A stretch of 64,000 nucleotides of DNA from Candidatus Bathyarchaeia archaeon (GTDB taxonomy: Archaea; Thermoproteota; Bathyarchaeia; Bathyarchaeales; Bathycorpusculaceae): assembly GCA_050010755.1 (NCBI GenBank), contig JBEKKK010000002.1, positions 64,001-128,000 on the forward strand, in the 5' to 3' direction. The translations under genes were made by a program, and so were the position numbers. This document shows positions 19,603 through 28,886 of this stretch, in pieces (the first letter of the stretch is position 1; each line of letters begins with the position of its first letter). The notes below the pieces were generated by a model that was not told the DNA's origin, did not search any database, and worked only from the letters and a program-made list of their open reading frames with translations.

Positions 19603-20218
19603 CAAAGTCCTATAAAAACCTATCCATCCAGAACAATGATTCAACTCGAAACACTCGCACTTCCGTGCGCACCATCATTGAACACTCTGCTGTCAATGAA
19701 ATTGACCAGCGCGGCTAGTCAACGCTAAAACTGCAGAAGATTCAAGCAGGAACAATTGAATGGTTTTGAAAAGGATCCGAAAAAACTACAGGAAAATTTA
19801 GCGAACATTCAAGGATGGATAAGGGAAATTGAAGCCTTGTTGAATGCGTTTACACTTTAGCGCGCGCGGAATCTCCTTTCTATATACGGAAACATGTCCT
19901 CAATAGATTATTTGCAGATTACAGATTAGTCGGTTTGATACTTTCTAGGATTAGCGAACGCTTGAGGATGAGAAGAATGAAGGGGAAGACGAAGAAGAGG
20001 AAAACAAAAGGCGTGGAAGTTGTCTCCGATACTATCAATTGCTTATTAGCGTTTGAACTTGATGGCGATTCTCGCTGTGCCGGAGATGCCTGCCTTAGTG
20101 GCTGTTAAAACAGTGGGGTCTCACTTTCAAAAGAGTATCCTCGCCATCGGATAGAGCTGATTCAGCTCGCCCTATGACGCTCAAATGAAAGCTTCCGCCC
20201 GCGCTCATCTTGTCTCGT

Positions 20219-20929
20219 TTATATCTGTTCGGCAGAGCTGGAAGCGAGTACTGATGAATTGAATCCTTTGATTATCAGCCATACCGCAAGAACCATTTCT
20301 TGCACGGCTATTGGAAGAGCCAAAACGACCTGGCCCGTCGACAAAGGCCCTATGACGCTGAACATGACCAATAGGCCTGCTATCATTGTCAACGTGGCTC
20401 CGACAAGACCCCAAACTGATAACCATCGAGGGACAAGTCTCGTTTGATAGAATATGACATAATACATCAGAGCACCCAAGCAAAAAGCCAGCAGCGACCC
20501 CACATTGCCCACCCAGTGATATCCTGCTAGCAGCAATGCGCCCAAGGTTTGATAATACGATGAACTCGGAGCTCCAGCGCTTACGAATTCTTTGCTCAAT
20601 GTTATCAGTAATAGCAGGCCCATCACGCCTACGATATAGAACACTCCTTCAATAAGCCTGAAACCGACAGCTCCAAGAGCCAGACCTTCATTGTATTTTT
20701 TCAGTATTGGATACAGCGAAATTGCAATACTGGCCGATGCAGCAGCAGCGATAAACGCAAGAAGGGCTCCTGCTGTTACTTGGTTTCCATTTGTAGAAAC
20801 ACTAACAAGATAATTCGAAGCATTGATAGGTTCCAAAAACGGCAAGCTCAGTATACTCGCAACCGTCGCAATTATGAACAATACTCCTGCAATTACCGCT
20901 ATCTTCTTGGCCGTATTCATTTCGTCCAC
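20219..20929 (-). CDS. DUF4386 family membrane protein
   Basis: AGVLFIIAT, LYPILKK, RLIEG, LVPRWLSVWG, EMVLAVWLIIKGF pattern. Confidence 0.8.
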   Translation of the reverse strand: MDEMNTAKKIAVIAGVLFIIATVASILSLPFLEPINASNYLVSVSTNGNQVTAGALLAFIAAAASASIAISLYPILKKYNEGLALGAVGFRLIEGVFYIVGVMGLLLLITLSKEFVSAGAPSSSYYQTLGALLLAGYHWVGNVGSLLAFCLGALMYYVIFYQTRLVPRWLSVWGLVGATLTMIAGLLVMFSVIGPLSTGQVVLALPIAVQEMVLAVWLIIKGFNSSVLASSSAEQI

Positions 20930-21247
20930 TCTTTTCGGTTAATAGCATACTATTCACTTAAAACCTTCCGTCGGCCCGATCTCATTTCCCGCAGTTGCTC
21001 CTGCAAGTGCGTTCGTGAATCATTGATTTACGACTTCAGAAAAGCGTTCAGTGGGAGCGAGTTTCTCTGCTCGCTTTGCAGAAAGAACAACGTCACTCTC
21101 CTTCACAGCGGCGAGCGCGCCATAAACTTTTTGTAAAACGAACCATTTTACTCTCCTATCCGTCCACAACCCTGACTCCGCACGCGTACCGGTTTTGGGG
21201 AAAAGTTATAGCTGAACCGAAAGTAATTGGCTTGAAGGGTGTTCTGA

Positions 21248-21775
21248 TTGCTTGAGGGTAAACTTGTGAATCTGAGGGTTGTGGAGAAAGAAGACTTGCC
21301 GTTATTAGCTGAGTGGCGCAACGATCTTGAGTTTTTCGGTGAATTCGAGCGGTTTCCACAGCTTTCTCGAGCGGAGTTGGAAAGGAGGTACGACGCTCTC
21401 ACCTCTGACGATAAGTGGTTCTTCATAGAGAAAAAAGACGGCACGAAAATTGGGATTGCCACCCACGGTTTGACAGGAAACCTCCTCGAAATAGGATATA
21501 TCCTCGTTCCGAATGAGAGAGGAAAGGGCCACTGCACGGAAGCCGTGAAAATAATGGTTGATTACCTGTTTCTCAGCAAAGACACAGTGCGCATCCAAGC
21601 CGCAACTGTCACAGGAAATGTAGCCTCTCAGAAGGTCCTGAAGAAAGCTGGCTTCAAGAAAGAAGGAACACTTCGGAAAAGCTACTTCCTGAGAGGCGAA
21701 TGGACAGACAGCCTAATCTACAGCATCCTCAGAGAAGAATGGAAAGAACCAAAAATACTGACAAAAACCGCTTAA
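21248..21775 (+). CDS. RimJ/RimL-type GNAT acetyltransferase
   Basis: EIGY...ERGKGHCTEAV, NVASQKVLKKAGFKKEG, YSILREEW. Confidence 0.9.
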   Translation: MLEGKLVNLRVVEKEDLPLLAEWRNDLEFFGEFERFPQLSRAELERRYDALTSDDKWFFIEKKDGTKIGIATHGLTGNLLEIGYILVPNERGKGHCTEAVKIMVDYLFLSKDTVRIQAATVTGNVASQKVLKKAGFKKEGTLRKSYFLRGEWTDSLIYSILREEWKEPKILTKTA

Positions 21776-22014
21776 AGAAAGCTAATTTGATAAAAACCTG
21801 GCTTGCGCCCACGCGATGTATCGGTTGTTTTGGCAGTTTTGATTTTAACTTTTTCCATGATTCGCTTTTCATATCCTCTCGCGCCCCACATTACGGACGT
21901 GACGGAGACTCAAACGAGGTAAGACCTGCCGTACCAACAGTTGGAACGGTGCAGTACTAATGCCTAGGATTAACTAGGAGACTCTAATCTAGAACTAGCA
22001 TGGAGTGAGATTGA

Positions 22015-23142
22015 ATGAACATGACAAAAATCAAATTTTCGGTTTTGGCAATCGTTTTGCTGATAAGCTTCGCATCCTTGATATGTTTCAGCTCATTATC
22101 CCTGGCTCAGACAGGTTCTTACAATAGCGTGCAGGTGTTCATCCAGACGGCCAGCAGCCTTCCAGACTACTTCACCCTCTCCGCCTTCAACACGACCGGC
22201 TACATGGTTTCTTCATGCCAAACTCAATATCCAGCAGCCTCGTTCGAGCTTCCCAACGGGCAATACATATTCACCGTCACGGCTGATCAATCCGGCAATA
22301 ACATCTACTACTCACCCGCGCCCATGGTAGGCACAAATATCGCACAGGGCGTCCCATCATTACAAATCTACGAAGCGCCAGTCGTAGAGTATGGCTACTG
22401 GGTTCAGCAGATATCCGGCCCCACAACATTCACAATCTCAACGCAGAACGTCACATCATATCCAACGACCACGCTCACGATACAGGTTTCTTACGCCAAC
22501 GGAACAGCAGCTCAAGGCGCATCCGTGACCGCATCCATCCTCGGATCCGACTACTACTGGGGCTACGAAAGCAACACCGTCATGTGGAACACCACCCAAG
22601 CCGACGGCTCGGCCACCCTCGTGACGCCATTGGCACCCGTCCAAATCGACGCTTGGAACTGGATACCCGTATCGCTACCCCAAAATGAGACAACCATCAC
22701 CGTCACAGTCGCAGGCGAACAGGTCAATGTAACCGTCTACTGGCAGCCAACCTACGTCGGACTAGCGGCTTCAACGCTAATTCTTCCCCCCCAGAACAGT
22801 GCCCAACTCGTCCTGCACGTCCAACAGCCCAGCTACTGGGCAGTGCCGCTCGGAATCCAATCAACCCCGACGCTCGGAGGACAAGCAACAGCCTCATCAA
22901 GCCCCACATCAATCCCCGCCACCGTATACCAGCAACAACAAGGAAACCCCATCCTGAAAAACTACCAAGCCCCCTCAACCACGTCCTCGACAACAACACC
23001 GACTCAAGCACCAGCATCAGACCCCGATCCAGGCAACGGCCCGCTGTTGATAATCATAGCTGGAGCAAGCATAGCCATAGCAGCAGTGAGCCTGGCAGTC
23101 GCAGTTAGAACCAGAACCCGAGAACAAAAAAGCAAAACCTAA
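22015..23142 (+). CDS. cell-surface protein (signal peptide, S/T/P-rich linker, C-terminal TM anchor)
   Basis: Hydrophobic N-terminus, beta-rich T/S/N composition, TM helix with basic tail. Confidence 0.75.
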   Translation: MNMTKIKFSVLAIVLLISFASLICFSSLSLAQTGSYNSVQVFIQTASSLPDYFTLSAFNTTGYMVSSCQTQYPAASFELPNGQYIFTVTADQSGNNIYYSPAPMVGTNIAQGVPSLQIYEAPVVEYGYWVQQISGPTTFTISTQNVTSYPTTTLTIQVSYANGTAAQGASVTASILGSDYYWGYESNTVMWNTTQADGSATLVTPLAPVQIDAWNWIPVSLPQNETTITVTVAGEQVNVTVYWQPTYVGLAASTLILPPQNSAQLVLHVQQPSYWAVPLGIQSTPTLGGQATASSSPTSIPATVYQQQQGNPILKNYQAPSTTSSTTTPTQAPASDPDPGNGPLLIIIAGASIAIAAVSLAVAVRTRTREQKSKT

Positions 23143-23154
23143 ATTTCGCGCATG

Positions 23155-23658
23155 CTACTCTGCCAGTTTCTTTTTCAAGAATTCCCTTCTCTCTTTTCTT
23201 TCCAGTTTCTCGATTTCCGCTCTGTATTTCTGGCTAATCAGATTCAGCTTACAGTTCGTGTACAGCGCATCGTAAACAGGGCTTGCCTTGGCAATGGTTT
23301 CATAATCGTCTCTTGAAACAATGCCGAAACCGGTCATGACGGCTTCCAACCCGGCTGCTTCAGGAGCCATTTCCAACTTGTCCGTGTCGGCGGCTTGCAC
23401 AATTCTCGCTAAATCCAAGACCGCCTGATCCTTAATATCGTATTTCTCAACTATTGCGTTGAAACTGCATTTATCGCCATGATGGCCAAGCTCGACGCCC
23501 GGTGCGTCATACGGTATTGCCTTCTCTTTTTTGACGGTTTCACCGATCTTCTCTGCTGGAACGAAGAGGAATTCAGCTTTCGGATCGATAAATCGTTTTA
23601 TTAACCATGGACACGCGGTTCTGTCCACGTGCACGAACTGCCTCGTTACCCACTTCAT
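23155..23658 (-). CDS. chromate resistance protein ChrB C-terminal domain protein
   Basis: MKWVTR..VDRTACPWLIKRFIDPKAEF, HHGDKCSF, EAAGLEA, YDALY; start moved to ATG 23658. Confidence 0.85.
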   Translation of the reverse strand: MKWVTRQFVHVDRTACPWLIKRFIDPKAEFLFVPAEKIGETVKKEKAIPYDAPGVELGHHGDKCSFNAIVEKYDIKDQAVLDLARIVQAADTDKLEMAPEAAGLEAVMTGFGIVSRDDYETIAKASPVYDALYTNCKLNLISQKYRAEIEKLERKERREFLKKKLAE

Positions 23659-23848
23659 GCTTTTGAGCCTCCACACATCCTTTTCACACATACGCAGATT
23701 AACTACTTTACGCAAAAGAAAACGACAAGAACGAAATCCACACGGAGCCCGAATCGATGGCATCCGACGGCAAGTCTGAGAAAAGAGACGTAAAAGACAG
23801 CAAAATGTAGGAGAACCGCGTCAAAATGATTTCAAGCTGGTTCAGAGC

Positions 23849-25081
23849 ATGAATCTGACGTCTGACAAAATGGGAAAAACTGTCTTTTGGACACTCTGCA
23901 TAATGGGAGTATTCGCAATCCTGAGCTCGACGATGTCCAAGACTCTGCTCAACCCCTTTGCTGCTGCGCTGGGCACGCCCACTGTTTGGTCAGGCTTTGT
24001 GGGTGCGGCTTCAACCATACCGGGCATTCTAGTCAGTCTCCCCGCCTCTTCACTATCCGACATCTACGGCAGAAAAAAGTTTCTGCTGGTTTCCGGCTTC
24101 GTGTTTGCGAGCGCACCTTTCCTTTACCTTTTCATATCAACATGGTGGCAACTCATACTCGTCAGATTCTACCACGGGTTCGCAACTGCCATCTTCATTC
24201 CCGTGGCCGAAGCCTCAATGGCCGAGATGTATCCGTCACAGCGAGGAGAACGCATCTCACTCTTCACCTCTGCAACGTACGTCGGCAGAAGCATAGCACC
24301 TTTCCTCGGCGGCTATATACTGTTCAGCACCGCAAGCACTTCCGACCCCCTGTACAACTATCACGTCATGTACCTCGCGGTCGCAGCGGCCGGACTGGCT
24401 GCCTTCATCATGGCACTGCTGTTTCTAGCCCAGAGAAAGCCGCCTGTCGCTGCCGCGTCGAGAAACCGAGACAATCTAAGGCGGATGTATGCTGGGTGGG
24501 GCGCCTTGGCCAAGAATCGTGCCGTGTTGGCCGTCAGTTTCGTGCAGGCCAGCTTGTACTACTCCTTCGGTATAGTGGACTATTTTCTCTCAGGATACTT
24601 GAAGGATACACTGCATTTTGACTTCTTCTCAACGGCCGCCGTTTCGGGCAGCATCATCGTGCTTGCCCTCTTCGTCAGGGCTTACATGGGAAGAGTCTCG
24701 GACAGAACGGGAAGACGGACACCGATAATCGTCGGTCTACTAGTGTGTTCCGCCCCGCTAATAATGCTGCCATACACTTCAGACCTTAGGATAATCTTAC
24801 TGCTCTCGCTCACGTATGGATTTGGCTTCGCTACGGCCACAGCATCCACTTGCCCTCTGATGACAGAGCTTGCACCGAGCCAATTCGTTGGCACTTCAAC
24901 AGGTTTTCTGGACACCATGATGGATGTGGGGCAGACGATTGGCCCCATAATCGGCGGGTTCATCCTTGGAACGACCCTTGGATACGTTGGCCTGTTTCTA
25001 TCGCCCACTCTGGTTCTGCTCTCTGCCTGCCTAGTTTTTGCGCTGTCAGGAGCTGCCAACAGAAAAAACCAACTGCGTTGA
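23849..25081 (+). CDS. MFS transporter
   Basis: LSDIYGRKK and GRVSDRTGRR motif A; about 12 TM helices. Confidence 0.9.
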   Translation: MNLTSDKMGKTVFWTLCIMGVFAILSSTMSKTLLNPFAAALGTPTVWSGFVGAASTIPGILVSLPASSLSDIYGRKKFLLVSGFVFASAPFLYLFISTWWQLILVRFYHGFATAIFIPVAEASMAEMYPSQRGERISLFTSATYVGRSIAPFLGGYILFSTASTSDPLYNYHVMYLAVAAAGLAAFIMALLFLAQRKPPVAAASRNRDNLRRMYAGWGALAKNRAVLAVSFVQASLYYSFGIVDYFLSGYLKDTLHFDFFSTAAVSGSIIVLALFVRAYMGRVSDRTGRRTPIIVGLLVCSAPLIMLPYTSDLRIILLLSLTYGFGFATATASTCPLMTELAPSQFVGTSTGFLDTMMDVGQTIGPIIGGFILGTTLGYVGLFLSPTLVLLSACLVFALSGAANRKNQLR

Positions 25082-25525
25082 GGTCTAATGTCTCATCACT
25101 GAGGTTACGTAAGCGCTATCACTTCCGCTGATCGTTCGGAATAAGCTTGAGCGCGCGCTACGAGTTGTGCTCAGCACCGGCAAAAAATTTCAGATTCCCA
25201 CTGCACCGAACATGCCTTTCTTCGCCAGCTTGGCTCGAACGCCTCCTAGAATCCTTTCCGATGCGCCTATTCGCACCAAGAAATGATAGTATTGAAGAAG
25301 CATTCTATAATAGAGCAATTGCAAGCCAAGAAGAGTCAACTGCACTGCCATTCCAACAGCTCAATTGCAGTAGAGATTTGCAACTTATTAAAGATTTAGA
25401 AGGCGCACGCTACTACCCATAAACCCTTTTCCTGATTCATAGAAATCTCTAATCTGCACAGCAACAAAAGCGCGCCCGACTTAGGGCAGTGAACTGTAAG
25501 GATCAGAAGTCTTATATTTACAGCA

Positions 25526-26179
25526 TTGGAACAACCAGTTTGGCGAAAAATCACGTTAAAATCTGAGAATTCACCTCCCATTCCTCCACCACCTCCTACT
25601 CCTCCCCCATCAGGAGTAACGCCCAAGAGTCGCATGAAGCTTATCATTGCTTCCACACTCATAATCGTCGTTGTAATCGCAGCCGTTCTAGGCTACTGGC
25701 TATTGTTCAGATCTGGAGGAGGAAACCAGTCATGGATTTTCAAAGGAGCCTACGCGAACTATCAGGGACAGGAAACGCTAACAGGCTTGAATTACACTAT
25801 AAACATGACGATTCACATGGAAGTCTTGGGCTTCAACAGCACAGACGTGGAGATACTCTCAAACACTACGTCAGAAACGGCATTAGGAACGCCCTTCAGC
25901 TACAATTATACATCGTGGATGCTTCGCACCAGCGCTAACGACTTCAACGTCGAAGGCGGAAATTTGACTAACAGCTATGACACAACCATCACATTGAGCA
26001 ACTTGGGAAAACGCAACTGCATAGCCTATGAATACTCGATCGCAGGAACAAATGAGATCATGACAGTATACGTTGACAAAACAGTAGACTTTCCAGTCGA
26101 GTGGAGCGTGACTTCAACAGGAACCCCCAGCCTCAACTTTGACGTAACCCTAGTCTCAACAAACATACCTGGCCTGTAG
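25526..26179 (+). CDS. membrane-anchored protein with Pro-rich cytoplasmic N-terminus
   Basis: PPIPPPPPTPPP, single TM helix, WIFKGAYANY...LVSTNI extracellular domain. Confidence 0.7.
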   Translation: MEQPVWRKITLKSENSPPIPPPPPTPPPSGVTPKSRMKLIIASTLIIVVVIAAVLGYWLLFRSGGGNQSWIFKGAYANYQGQETLTGLNYTINMTIHMEVLGFNSTDVEILSNTTSETALGTPFSYNYTSWMLRTSANDFNVEGGNLTNSYDTTITLSNLGKRNCIAYEYSIAGTNEIMTVYVDKTVDFPVEWSVTSTGTPSLNFDVTLVSTNIPGL

Positions 26180-26388
26180 TTAACGCAGTGTTATGAGAAT
26201 ATGTCAGAAGCGTTACCATCAGCAAAGCGCCCGCACTCCTGAAAGGGTTTTAAGATATGTCTGACTTTATTTCACCGTTTTCGTACTTCAGGAGTAGCGT
26301 CAAAAAGCCAGCAATAAGCTAAACGATGCTAGCGCGCGCTAGTGTTAAATATAGCGAATCAGAAACGAGCAAGCTGAAGGCGAAGTCT

Positions 26389-26937
26389 TTGAAGGAAATC
26401 GAGTTGAAACTTCTCATTGAGCTTTTGAGGGGAAGTCGGAGAAGCGACAGAGAATTGTCAAAAGTATTGGGGATTTCCCAGCCTACTGTTTCGAGAGTCA
26501 GGTTGAGGCTTGAGAAGGAAGGCATAATCAAGGAATACACTATAATTCCCGATTTTGCAAGTCTCGGTTTCCAATTAATGTCCGTGACCTTTCTCAAGTT
26601 TGCAGGGCCACTTTCTAGCGAAGGGCTCGAAAGCCTGAGAAAAAACAGTCAGAAACTGAAGGAAAACTATCCTTCCGCAACCATACTTGCCCTAAGCGGA
26701 ATGGGCATGGACGGCCAACGTGTAATCCTGACTTACCACAAGGACTACTCAGAATACGTTGCCTTTGTAAAGAATGCAAAGAGTGAGCGCGCTCCAGAAA
26801 TCGTCAGTGAAATCAGAAGCTTCCTCGTAGATTTAAATGACAAGAGCAATTTCATGCCCCTAACATTCTCGTACATGGCCAAGTACCTCCAGAAGACCAA
26901 TGGAAACTCAGAGAAAGCCCACGCGCCTTCCACTTGA
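26389..26937 (+). CDS. Lrp/AsnC family transcriptional regulator
   Basis: SRRSDRELSKVLGISQPTVSRVRLRLEKEGIIKEYTIIPDF; start moved to TTG 26389. Confidence 0.88.
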   Translation: MKEIELKLLIELLRGSRRSDRELSKVLGISQPTVSRVRLRLEKEGIIKEYTIIPDFASLGFQLMSVTFLKFAGPLSSEGLESLRKNSQKLKENYPSATILALSGMGMDGQRVILTYHKDYSEYVAFVKNAKSERAPEIVSEIRSFLVDLNDKSNFMPLTFSYMAKYLQKTNGNSEKAHAPST

Positions 26938-27064
26938 AAACGAATTTGCCGATGATCCGCGTTGCAAGTCCTTGATTAGCGCGCGCCAACCAGACAGACA
27001 AGACTTCGTGCCCACAAATCTATTTCAATACTGAACGGGATATGTTTTGTGCGGATGCGTGCAC

Positions 27065-27412
27065 ATGGAAGCTGAGTTCGGCTGGATAAAAGTGAACGGA
27101 GTCAGATACGAAAAAGACATCATCATACACACCGACGGCACGATAACTAAAAGAGAAAAGAAAAAATCCCGAGATCTAAAGCCCAAGTACGGTCACACTC
27201 CTCTCTCTGAACGCGAGCTCATGTTCCTTGAAAATGAAAAGCCCGAAGTAGTGTACATCGGAACGGGCCATCAAGCAGCGCTGCCCATCACGCCTGAAGC
27301 CCAACAAATCCTGAAAAAATACGAAACCATCATCCTCCCCACACCCCAGGCAATTGAAAGAATAGACCAAGAGCACCGAAAACTAGCCGCACTCATACAC
27401 GTAACATGCTAG
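27065..27412 (+). CDS. Mth938-like domain protein
   Basis: FGWIKVNGVRYEKDIII, VYIGTG, ALIHVTC C-terminus. Confidence 0.85.
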   Translation: MEAEFGWIKVNGVRYEKDIIIHTDGTITKREKKKSRDLKPKYGHTPLSERELMFLENEKPEVVYIGTGHQAALPITPEAQQILKKYETIILPTPQAIERIDQEHRKLAALIHVTC

Positions 27413-27492
27413 TGCCCGCTATTCTCCCAGTTCTCGCCAGCCTTATTACTCTATAAGACAATCATTTAATCGACCAAGGAGTAGGGATTGCC

Positions 27493-27793
27493 ATGAAAGT
27501 TCGGCTTAGTAAGGTAAACGTCTATTATGAGCCATTCGGGAATGGACGACCATTCGTTGGGCTGCACGGTTTTGGGCCTGATCATCGTTTAATGAAGGGT
27601 TGTCTTGCTCCTTGCGGGCCTGCAGGACTCTTCTGTCGGCTATTCCGCTGCCTGGTCTATAATGGACAAGTACCCTCGGATGACGTTCGCCCTACTGGAC
27701 AAAGCTGGCCATGACCTACAAATCGAACAGGAGACACTATTCAAAGCGCTCGTTAACGAGTGGCTCGACCGCGTCGAAGAATCCACACATTAG
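27493..27793 (+). pseudogene. alpha/beta hydrolase pseudogene with large internal deletion
   Basis: N-terminus (GNGRPFVGLHGF) joined out of frame near 27605 to the C-terminus (AGLQD...AGHDLQIEQ); the nucleophile region is missing. Confidence 0.8.
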
Positions 27794-27824
27794 ATGCTTC
27801 AAGCGCGTGCATGCTGAAAGGAGA

Positions 27825-28280
27825 TCATGACGTGGGTTGTTGCTCTATTTGTTTTATTTTCGTCTGTATATACTCTGCAACTTTCTTTTCGGAGTACGCT
27901 TGGTCTTCTTCTTGTTTCTTGAGTTCGTTTCTCACCGTTTGAAGCAAGATTGCCGGGTCCACTGGTTTGACGAGAAAGGCGTCAGCATGCTTGTTGACGG
28001 ACTCTATGGCATTAGCCGTTGAAGGGTATCCCGTGACCATTATCTTAGCCATCTTGGGAACGTTCTCCTTGAACGTGCTCAAAAGCGCCGTTCCATCCAT
28101 ATCTGGAAGTCGATAGTCTAACAAAGCTAAGTTGTAATAATTAGACCGTGCTTTTTCAATCGCTTCTTTCCCCGTTTCAACGACATCAACAATGTATCCT
28201 TCTTCCTCCAGGATAAAGGAAATCGTCGTTCTTATGCTGGAGTCATCGTCCACCACGAGAATTCGCTTGCGACCGTTCAA
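27825..28280 (-). CDS. response regulator receiver protein
   Basis: ILVVDDD, LLDYRLPDMDG, MVTGY, LVKP. Confidence 0.92.
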   Translation of the reverse strand: MNGRKRILVVDDDSSIRTTISFILEEEGYIVDVVETGKEAIEKARSNYYNLALLDYRLPDMDGTALLSTFKENVPKMAKIMVTGYPSTANAIESVNKHADAFLVKPVDPAILLQTVRNELKKQEEDQAYSEKKVAEYIQTKIKQIEQQPTS

Positions 28281-28621
28281 CGTCTTTCACCTCCCTTCTC
28301 AACCTGCGCCTGGGCTTTTTCAAGAGATGAAATAAAAGCCGCTTCAGGATGCTCACCGGGTTCAAAGGTCAAGCCAAGTTTCTCGTACAATATCTTTAGT
28401 ATCTCTGCCTCAAGGAACCCCGCTCCTGATCCAAAGATCCTCTCTATTGCCGGAACAAAAAGATCCGTCCGGCTTGCAATATTTTCCTTTCGCAGATTGT
28501 ACTTGTCCTCAAGATAAGAATAAATTACCTGTTTCGGAGATTCTCCAAGGACTGATAATCCCTTTTCAACCGAATCTGCAAGAATACTCTCAAACTCTAA
28601 GTTAGGTTTCACCTGAAACAC
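28277..28621 (-). CDS. small archaeal signalling-associated protein (DUF3227-like)
   Basis: GLSVLGES..IYSYLE..IERIFGSGA..LEAEILKILY pattern; coupled to the receiver gene. Confidence 0.6.
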   Translation of the reverse strand: MFQVKPNLEFESILADSVEKGLSVLGESPKQVIYSYLEDKYNLRKENIASRTDLFVPAIERIFGSGAGFLEAEILKILYEKLGLTFEPGEHPEAAFISSLEKAQAQVEKGGERR

Positions 28622-28886
28622 CCCGAGGCAGACACAATGAAAATGCGCTTGGGCCTAATATTAGCTGTGAATTCTGAGTATTGAGACTCAATTCGCAAAG
28701 AAAGCACAAGCCGTCGCGCTCTGAGAAGACTAGAGCAATAGAAGCTCCAAGCGCAAATCGCGCGAGTTTGAATCAATACTACACTTTGTAGCTATATATT
28801 GCATGTTCGCAGCATTTAATTACAATCTTTTTTGCATTATATGTTACGTTCGGATTTAAACCTGTCTCAGGAAGTATTCGAGAAAA

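Noticed and set aside
23887-24621. Long alternative-frame and antisense ORFs (e.g. 23887-24621, 40532-41050, 41500-42108, 52199-52747, 63384-63767)
   Set aside because: They overlap well-supported genes and show no recognisable motifs
26326-26388. N-terminal extensions in the ORF track (26326, 30865, 23763, 59792, 61151, 39594)
   Set aside because: Family similarity starts at downstream start codons; the extensions cross intergenic motifs, TATA boxes or neighbouring genes
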